NCBI RefSeq assembly: GCF_009914755.1
Contig: NC_060947.1
Length of the DNA: 64,000 bases
Reading direction: 5' to 3' (one strand)
Source of the DNA: the human T2T-CHM13v2.0 reference genome, Homo sapiens
Shown piece by piece: positions 52,881-64,000 of the stretch (the stretch's first letter is position 1; each line of letters opens with the position of its first letter). Position numbers and translations under genes: made by a program. Below the pieces are notes generated by a model. The model was given only the letters and a program-made list of their open reading frames with translations, ran no database searches and had not been told where the DNA came from.

Positions 52881-53525
52881 TGCCATATGGACATGACCTT
52901 GTTGTTTCTGTACAAACTGTGAGAAGACCTGGGAAGGTATTTTACTGAGCTTTATTAAAAAACAAAGCAAAATAGAATATAGATTATTTTCCTATTATAA
53001 AATGTTATCTGTTTCTTTTTCCCTTCTAAGTTTTTTTTTTTACATGTGTTCAACATCAAACTTCGTTGGCTGTGTGCATACAAATCGGGAAAAGGAAAAG
53101 TATCAGCACAAAAAGGGAAAGCTCCTCTTGGGGAAGTTCTGAGGAAACACTAGGATCTGGTCAAGCTTATATGGTCTTATCTTTTGAGTGCCCATAGCCT
53201 AGTCACAAGTGGCAATTCAGGTTATCACACAAAGTTGAATTTGTCATACCAGCTGCCTTTCTTATTAACAGTAAAGCCACTGAACTGTATACTTTTTCAC
53301 TGTTGATCTATTTGTCATTTGCACTCAAATTTCACTAGTGGGGAAATTTCTTTATAAACAGGTGCTCAGCATCATGTTTCTGAAATGTTAAGATATGTTG
53401 TGCAAATTGCTACCCACCTAGAGAGGTGGTACATGCTAATTTAAAGTTGCCTATTATAAAGTCATTATTTCTTGGTACTCTTAGGGCACAAGTGGAAGTG
53501 ATAACTTTTGAAAAATGAGGTTGTT

Positions 53526-53826
53526 GGCCGGGCGCGGTGGCTCACGCCTGTAATCCCAGCACTATGGGAGGCCGAGGCGGGCGGATCACGAGATCAGGAG
53601 ATCGAGACCATCCTGGCTAACACAGTGAAGCCCCTTCTCTACTAAAAATACAAAAAAGCCGGGCGTGGTGGTGGGTGCCTGTAGTCCCAGCTACTCAGGA
53701 GGCTGAGGCAAGAGAATGGCGTGAACCCGGGAGGTAGAGCTTGCAGTGAGCCGAGATCGCGTCACTGCACTCCAGCCTGGGTGACAGAGCGAGACTCCGT
53801 CTTAAAAAAAAAAAAAAAAAAGAAAA
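53526..53826 (+). mobile_element. AluY
   Basis: CpG-rich, GAGATCGAGACCATCCTGGCTAACAC; TSD GAAAAATGAGGTTGTT / GAAAAATAAGGTTGTT. Confidence 0.96.
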
Positions 53827-53866
53827 GAAAAATAAGGTTGTTGAACATCAAGAGATGCCCTGTGTG

Positions 53867-53867
<1 letters not shown>

Positions 53868-53907
<40 letters not shown>
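53868..53907. repeat. (TG)20 microsatellite
   Basis: Perfect TG run. Confidence 0.95.
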
Positions 53908-53908
<1 letters not shown>

Positions 53909-54091
53909 ATGTTTTGAAAGACAAGAGCATTAAAATTAATGTCTGTTCTAGGAGTTCCTCACTTTGATGGATATATCTGGAGCAATTAAGGAGATTTGTT
54001 CTCCTTAATCGAAATTTTTACTCAATTATCCTTTTAAATTAATCCAAAGTTTTACAAGAAAGACAGGAAAATATAAAATGCTGATGAATAG

Positions 54092-54442
<351 letters not shown>

Positions 54443-54669
54443 TAATCTACTTTCCAAATGCCCATATGAAATTATCTCTGGGATGATCTAATCAGTATTT
54501 TAGCAGTTGGCTGTTTCTGTGGCTATTGGAGAAAAAAAATCAAAGATGGACTTGATGTTCTGTGATGGTATGCCAATAAGTGAACATGAAAAAAGTCCAA
54601 TAGTCAACTTGCTATCAAACTACCTAGTGACTACATTGAGCCCATAAGTTCCTTTTAGACTCTTTTCAA

Positions 54670-57465
54670 ATACAGAACTTCCAGTAATGACGACAAAGTG
54701 AAGTGGTTGTGTGAAACTTTGTACAGTTAATAATTATAAAATCCAGGAAAAAAAAATCCCAACAGTTTAATTTACTGGAAGGTATCTAAGAGCAGACAGA
54801 ACAGAAGAAAGAGAAAAGCTTACTCTTGAAAAGCTGCAATTAGAGGGGGAAGAACTGCAAATTTGTGACTTTCTTTTCTGAGGATTTCCCCTCTCTCCAT
54901 GGCTACAGCAGAAAAAAAAAAATTCACAGCATTATGACAGCAGGAAAAAATCCAAAGCTGGAAATGCAGGTATAGATTTAAGGAGGGAAATTTTGGAAGC
55001 AAAGGAGTGAAACACAAAATCTGAGCACTAACTCTACCCTAAAGCTGGCTGATTGTTAAACTATGCATATGTAGGGGAGATACCAGGGCATCTGTTGGAA
55101 AAAACAGGCAAGGCACAGAGAGGAATTTACCCCAGAAAAGCAGCTGCACTAGGTGAGATCTGTGTTTTCTGTTTTAAAAAAAAAAATCCAAGTGTGTTTC
55201 CCAACCTATGCAGGTGGCTGAATACTGAAGTTTTACTGGCTTGATGTGTCAGAGGACAGCAGAGAAATTTAGGGAAAAAATTCCATAAGCAACAGAACTA
55301 AACAGAGGGCGAACCCCAATATCTGAGCGTAAGCTATGCCGAAGTCCTTGGCTGACCAACAAGATATTCAGGTGCAGGTGAACTCCCAGGAAGCCAGGGT
55401 AAAAATAGTAGCATCAAGAAACTGTAAGAACTGAGCAAATATATCAGCTGCTGTACACCACAGGAGAGACAGAGTTTGCCATTTGAATTCATACAATTTA
55501 CCTATAGAGCAACAAAAAAACCATCCTCAGAACACAATATAATCCAGAATCACCAGAATGTATCTATAATGTCCAATTTTAGCACAAAATTATAGATATG
55601 CAAAGAAACATGAAAGTCTTACCCACATTCAGGAAAAAGCTATTCAATAGAAAACAAATGCATCAGAATGGTTCTAAATGTTGGGTATAGCTGACAAGGT
55701 TTCAAAGGTGGCACTATAAATGTATGCATAGAGTTAAAAAGAGAAATGAAATTAGTGGGTGAACAGAGAAAGAATCTCTGAGAGAAATGAAAAACATTTT
55801 AAAAATGAAAATTCAAGAATTCAAAAGTACAATACTGGAAATGAAAATTCACCAGATAGGCTCAAGAGCAGGTTGGAGATGAAGAAAAATAATAGTGAAC
55901 TTGAAGACAGATCAATTAAAATTATACAACTCAAAGAAGAGAGAGAAAATCATAGAAGAAAAGTAGGTGGAGACTGACTTTTGAGACAAAATCAAGAAGA
56001 GAAGAGATACTTTAAAATGTAATTTAGTAAGAATTAATTTAAATTAATTTAATTAATTTTAATGTAATTGTTTTAAATGTAAGTGGACTAAATATTTCTA
56101 TTAAAAGGCAGACATATTGTGAGACTGGATACAAGAAAGAACTATGTACTGTTCAGAGGAGACACACTTTAAATAGAAGGATATAAGTAGGTTGAAAGAT
56201 AAAGGATGGAAAATTATATATAAATCAAACTGTAAGTATAAGAAAACTGGTGTGGTTAATTTAATGAAGTAGATTTCTAGACAAGATGCATTATTAGCTT
56301 CAAAAAAGAAAACTTCATAATTATAAAAGTGTTAGTATATCATGAAGATATAACAATTATAAACATATAGGCACCTTGTATTAAAGCTTCAAAATACAGT
56401 AAATGAAAACTGGTAGAGGCAAAAAGAGAAATAAATGCACAAACATTTAGAAGTTTCAACATACCTCTTTCAATAATTGGTAGAACAACTGGACTAAAAA
56501 TAAGTAAATATAAGGAAGATCTAAGTGTCCATTTTAATTACCTTAACTTAATTAGGACTCATGGAACATTTCCCTCAACAATAGTGCAATTCCCATATTT
56601 TTCAAGTGCCTATGGAACATTCACCAAGCTAAGCCATATACTATGACATACATTAGTCTTAACAAATTTTTAAAAATTGAAATCATATACAGTGTCTTTC
56701 CCACCATGAAAAAATTAAATTAGAAATCAACAATATGACATCTTACAAATTCTCAAATATTTGGATACTAAAAATTGACTTCTAAATAACCCACAGATCA
56801 ATTAGAAATTTGAAAATGTTGTATGCTGAATAATAATGAAAACATATCATTGCAAAATTTATGGGATACAGCTAATATAGTGCTCAGAGGAAAGCTTAAA
56901 ATGTTTGCATTAGAAAATAAGGAAACCCTAATATCAATACAATTTTATTCTACTTTCTAAAGCTAAAATATGCAGAAAAATTTAAACCAAAGTAAGTAAA
57001 AGTGCACAAATATTAAAGATGATAGATGTTTTAATGAAATGGAAAATGGATAAGCAATAGAGAAAAATCAATAAAACCAAAGTTTGGTTTGTTGACAAGG
57101 TCCAAAAAATTGGTACATGTCTAGTTAGACTGATTTAAGAAAAAAAAGAAAAGATACAAAGTATATTTTCTTTGGAATGAAAAGGGGCATCACCATAGAC
57201 CTTTCAGACTGTAAAATAATAATATGAGAATGTTATAATAAATTAATGCCAATACATTTGACAACTTAGGAGATATGGAAAAACATATTAAAAGGCACAA
57301 ATGATCAAAATTGATGTAAGAAGAAATATAAAAATCCAAGTAGCCACATCTACTGAAAAAATTGAATTTGCAAGCAAAAGTCTTCCTACAAAGAAAACTC
57401 CAAACCTAGATGGTTACATGGATGAATTCTCTCAAACAAGTAAGGAATAAATAACATCAATCCTT
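54670..57465 (+). mobile_element. Old L1M: 5' UTR, partial ORF1, ORF2 endonuclease and downstream region
   Basis: ORF 55759-55977 is ORF1 coiled-coil-like (SELEDRSIKIIQ); ORF2 start AAATGTAAGTGGACTAAAT...ATTAAAAGGCAGA near 56075; AAACTCCAAACCTAGATGG near 57400. Confidence 0.8.
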
Positions 57466-59716
57466 TAAGGTAGGTCAGCTGAGATTATCCAGTCTAAGGA
57501 ACAGAAAGAAAAACAAATGAAGAAAAAAGACCAAAACCTCAGAGACCTGTGAGACATCAAATGTAACAACAGATGCAAAATGGAAGTCCCAGAAAAAGAG
57601 GAGAAAAAGAGAACAGTTAGAAAGAACTTCTGAATAAATAATGGCTAAATTTTTTTTTTGTAATTGATGGAAAACTTTAATCTCACATGCAAGAAGCTCA
57701 ATGAATTCCAATTAAGATAAACTGAAAGCAATCCACACATCATAATCAAACTGTCAAAAGCCAAAGACAGAGCCCACGAAAGCAGCAAGAGAGAAGGCAA
57801 CTAATCAAGGTATCTTCAATAAGATTGATAGATCAGAAACCATGGAGGCCAGAGGCCTTGGGATGAAATATTCAAAGTGCTAATAGAAAAAAAAAAATAT
57901 GCCAACCAAGAACTCTATGTTCAGCAAAACTATCTTTCAAAAATGAAGGAGAAAGTAAGACAGTCCTAGATAAGCACAAACTGAGAGAAGTCATCACTAG
58001 CAAACTTGCCCTACAAGAGCTAAAATGAGAACTCTTCATGCTGAAATAAAATAAAACTAGAGAGTAACTTGTATTCACATGAAGAAATGAAGAGGACTGG
58101 TAAAGATAAATACAGAGGTAAATATTGAAGAGTATAAATATATATTTTGCTTGGATCTCTTTCTTTTCACCTTTCTGATTATAAAAACAATATAATGCAG
58201 TAATTCGAAATCTGTATTAATGGGCACACAATGAATAAAATATAATTTCTATGACAATAGCAGCACAAAGGTTGGGGGAAGGATAGGATCTATGTAAGAG
58301 CAGAGTTTTTTGTATACTATTGAAATTAAGTTGGTATTAATCTGAGCTAGATTGCTGTATGTTAAGATGTTAATTGTGGGTGGGCGTGGTGGCTCACGCC
58401 TGTAATCCCAGCACTTTGGGAGGCCGAGGTGGGCGGATCACCTGAGGTCAGGGGTTTGAGACCAGCCTGACCAACATGGAGAAACCCCATGTCCACTAAA
58501 ACTACAAAATTAGCCGGGTGTGGTGACACATGCCTGTAATCCCAGCTACTCAGGAGGCTGAGGCAGGAGAATCGCTTGAACCCGGGAGGCGAGGTTGCAG
58601 TGAGCCGAGATCACGCCATTGCACTCCAGCCTGGGCAACAAGAGTGAAACTCCGTCTCAAAAAAAAAAAAAAAAAAAAAGATGTTAATTGTAATACCTAT
58701 GGCAACCACAAAGAAAATGACTCAAAAAATATAGTAAAAGAAACAATAAAGGAGTAAATATGATACACAGTAAAGTGTTTACTTCGCACTAAAAAACATA
58801 ATAATGGAGGAATTAAGGAACAAAATGACAGGACATATAGAAAACAAACAGCAAAATAGCAGATGTAAATACTATCTTATCAGTAGCCATATTAAATGTA
58901 AATGGATTAATAACTCCAACTAAAATATACAGAGATAGGCAGAATGGATAAAAAACGATGCAACTATATTCTGTCTATAGGGGGTACACTTCATATTCAG
59001 ACATATATAGGCTGAAAGTAAAAGGATGAAAAAATATATATCATGGAAACAGTAAACAAGAGCAAACAGGAGCAGGTATATTAATATCAGACAAAATAGA
59101 CTTTAAGACAAAATTGTTATTAGAGATCATGAAGATTTTAGTTCATGATTTTAGTTACTAAAATGTCAATCCATCCAGAAAACAACATAATTATTGAAAT
59201 GCAGGTGCCTAACAACGGAGCCCAAAAATACATTGACTTCAACATTCAAGTCTTATTATTTGAGCAAAAAAAAAAAAACAGATTAAGTTGAAGAGACATA
59301 TAGGCAATTCAGCAATAATTATTGGAGACTTCAATGCTCAACTTTCCATAATGGATAGAGCAACTAAAGAATAGTAACGAACTAGAGACTTAAACAACAC
59401 TGTAAACCAACTAGACTCTGTGGAGCGGAATATAGTAACAGTGGAATATATATTCTTTTTCAGCTCACATGGAACAGTCTCCAGGACAGACCACATAATA
59501 GGCCACAAAACAAGCCTTAATCAATTTTGAGAGATTGAAATTATACAAAGTGTGTTCTCTCCCACAATAGAATGAAATTAGAAATCAATAGCAAAGGAAA
59601 TTTGGAAAATTTACAAATATGTGAAGTTAAAAAACACATGCCTTAATCACCAATGGGTCAAAGAATACATCACAAAGGAAATTAGAAAATATTTTAAAAT
59701 GAATGAAAATAAAATA
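57466..59716 (+). mobile_element. Second L1M: ORF1 3' half, inter-ORF region, ORF2 endonuclease
   Basis: GAGATTATCCAGTCTAAGGAACAG...CTCAGAGACCTGTG...CAGAAACCATGGAGGCCAGA ORF1 motifs; TTAAATGTAAATGGATTAA ORF2 start near 58895. Confidence 0.85.
58378..58677 (+). mobile_element. AluSp-like
   Basis: CAGCCTGACCAACATGGAGAAACCCC diagnostic; perfect TSD AAGATGTTAATTGT. Confidence 0.95.
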
Positions 59717-60078
59717 CAGGCACATCTTATTTTATTACATTTCATTTTATTGTGTTTTACAGATACTGCTTTTTTTTTTTTTAACAACTTGAAGGTGTGT
59801 GTCTCTGTTTAACATTTTGGTAATTCTCAAAATATTTCAAACTATTTCATTATTATTATATCTGTTATGGTGATCTGTGATCAGTAATCTTTGATGTTAC
59901 TATGGTAATTGTTTTGAGGCACCACAAACTCCTCCCATCTAAGACAAAAAACTTAATCGATAAATGTGGGTGTTCTGCTCCACTGACCAGCTGTTTCTCT
60001 TTCTCTCTTCCTCTCTTTGGTCCTTCCTATTCCCTGAGACACAACGATATTGAAATTAGACCAATTAATTACCATAAA

Positions 60079-61450
60079 ATGACCTCCAAGTGTCCAAGTG
60101 AAAGGACGAGTTGCACATCTCTCACTTTAAATCAAAAGCTAGAAATGATTAAGCTTAGTGACAAAGGCACACAAAGCCCATAAAGACTGAAAGCTAGGCT
60201 TCTTACACCAGTTAGGCAAGTTGTGAATGCAAAGGAAAAGTTCTTGAAGGAAATTAAAAGTGCTACTCCAGCTGAAACATGTATGATAAGAAAGTGAAAA
60301 CAATCTTATTGATGATATGAAGGTTTTAGTGGTCTAGATAGAAGATCAAACCAGCTACAATACCCTTAAGCCAAAGCTGATTCCAGAGAAAGGCCCTAGC
60401 GCTCTTCAATTTTATGAAGGCTGAGAGAGGCAAAGAAGCTGCAGAAGAAAATTTGAAGCTAGCAGAGGTTTAAGGAAATCAGCCCTCTTCACAGCATAAA
60501 ATTGCAAAATGAAGCAACAAGTGCCAGTGCAGAAGCTGCACCAAGTTATCCAGAAGATCTAGATAAGATCATTGATGGTGACTACACTAAGCAACACGTT
60601 TCTGTTATAGACAAAACAGCCTTATTTTGGAAGAACATGCTATCTAGGACTTTCATCGCTAGACAGAAGTAAATGCCTGGCTCCAAAGCTTCAAAGGACA
60701 GGCTGACTCTCTTGTTAGGGGCTAATGTAGCTGGTGACTTTAAGTTGAAGCCAATGTCCACTTGCCAATCTGAAAATCCTAGGGCTCTCAAGAAATATGC
60801 TAAGTCTACTCTGCCTGTGCTCTTGAAATGAAACCACAAAGCTTGAATGACAGCACATCTGTTTACAGCATGATTTACCAAATATTGAAAGTGTGCTGTT
60901 GAGACCTACTGCTCAGAAAAAAAGATTCCCTTCAAAATATTACTACTCATTGACAATATAACTGGTTACTCAGGGCCTCTGATGGAGATGTACAAGGAGA
61001 TTAATGCTGTTTTCATGCTTGCCAACTAAATATCCATCCTGTAGCCCACTGATCAATAAGTGATTTCAATGTTCGAGTCTTATTATTTAAGAAATACGTT
61101 TCAAGAGGTTGTAGCTGCCATTGATAGTGATTCCTCTGATGCATCTGGGCAAAGTAAATTGAAAACCTTCTGGAAAGAATTCACCATTCTAGATGCCATT
61201 AAGAGCATTTGTGATTCAGGGGAGGAGGTCAAAATAGCAACATTTACAGGAATTCAAGACGTGGATTCCAACCTTCATGAATAACTTTGGAGGGATTCAA
61301 GACTTCGGCAGAGGTAATAACTGCTGATGTCATAGAAATAACAAGAGGAGTAGAATAATGAGTGGAACCTAAAGATGTGACCGAATTGCTGCAATCTCAT
61401 GATAAATTTGAAAGAGATGAGGAATTGCTTCTTATGAATGAGCAAAGGAA
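60079..61450 (+). pseudogene. Decayed Tigger1 (pogo/CENP-B-like DDE) transposase
   Basis: MTSKCPSERTSCTSLTLNQKLEMIKLS at the start and YYLRNTF...[19 protein letters not shown] at 61060-61284; multiple stops and frameshifts. Confidence 0.88.
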
Positions 61451-61531
61451 GTGATTTCTTGAGACGGAATTTACTTCTGGTGAAGATGCTGTGAACGTTG
61501 TTGAAATGACAGTAAAAGATTTAGAATATTA

Positions 61532-61856
<325 letters not shown>

Positions 61857-62224
61857 TCATAAAGTAGTGTCAGGGATTGAGAGGACTGACTCCAATTTTG
61901 AAAGAAGTTCTCCTGTGGGTAAAATGCTATCAAATGGCATTGCATGCTTCGGAAAAGTCTTTTGTAAAAGGAAGAGTCAATCAATGCCACAAACATCATT
62001 GTTGTCTAATTTAAAAAACTGTCACAGCACCCCAACCTTCAGCAACCACCATCATGATCAGTTAGCATCCATCAACATCAAGGCAAGACCCTACACCAGC
62101 AAAAAGATTATGAATTGCTGAACGCGTGGATGATCGTTAGCATTTTTCAGACAATAAAATACTTTCAAATTAAAATATGTAATTTTCTTTAGATATAATG
62201 CTATTGCACACTTAATAGACTATA

Positions 62225-64000
<1,776 letters not shown>

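Noticed and set aside
60079-61450. Domesticated TIGD1-like transposase gene
   Set aside because: Multiple stops and frameshifts; an ordinary decayed Tigger1 copy

Overview
This is primate, most likely human, non-coding genomic DNA, as shown by AluY/S/J, L1PA, THE1 and Tigger1 elements. Well over half of the window is interspersed repeat. I find no credible host protein-coding gene, RNA gene, CpG island or CRISPR-type system. The ORF-track entries I could assign are decayed L1, Alu, MaLR or Tigger reading frames, and the rest look like chance ORFs. I cannot support a previously undescribed biological system here. What stands out: (i) deep, TSD-supported transposon nests, notably L2 > MER53-related hAT > MLT1F provirus > THE1D and AluY at 8.5-16 kb; (ii) a two-LTR THE1 provirus with a perfect TSD; (iii) a repeat-poor block at about 30.4-35 kb with clustered posterior-HOX/CDX, MEIS, TCF and Smad-like motifs, a candidate developmental enhancer cluster; (iv) a ~180 bp locally templated insertion copying an L1/LTR16 junction 2.7 kb downstream; (v) a few strong orphan splice signals that may belong to lncRNA exons. 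Subfamily names come from recalled consensus motifs, not a database search. Boundaries without a quoted TSD are approximate.
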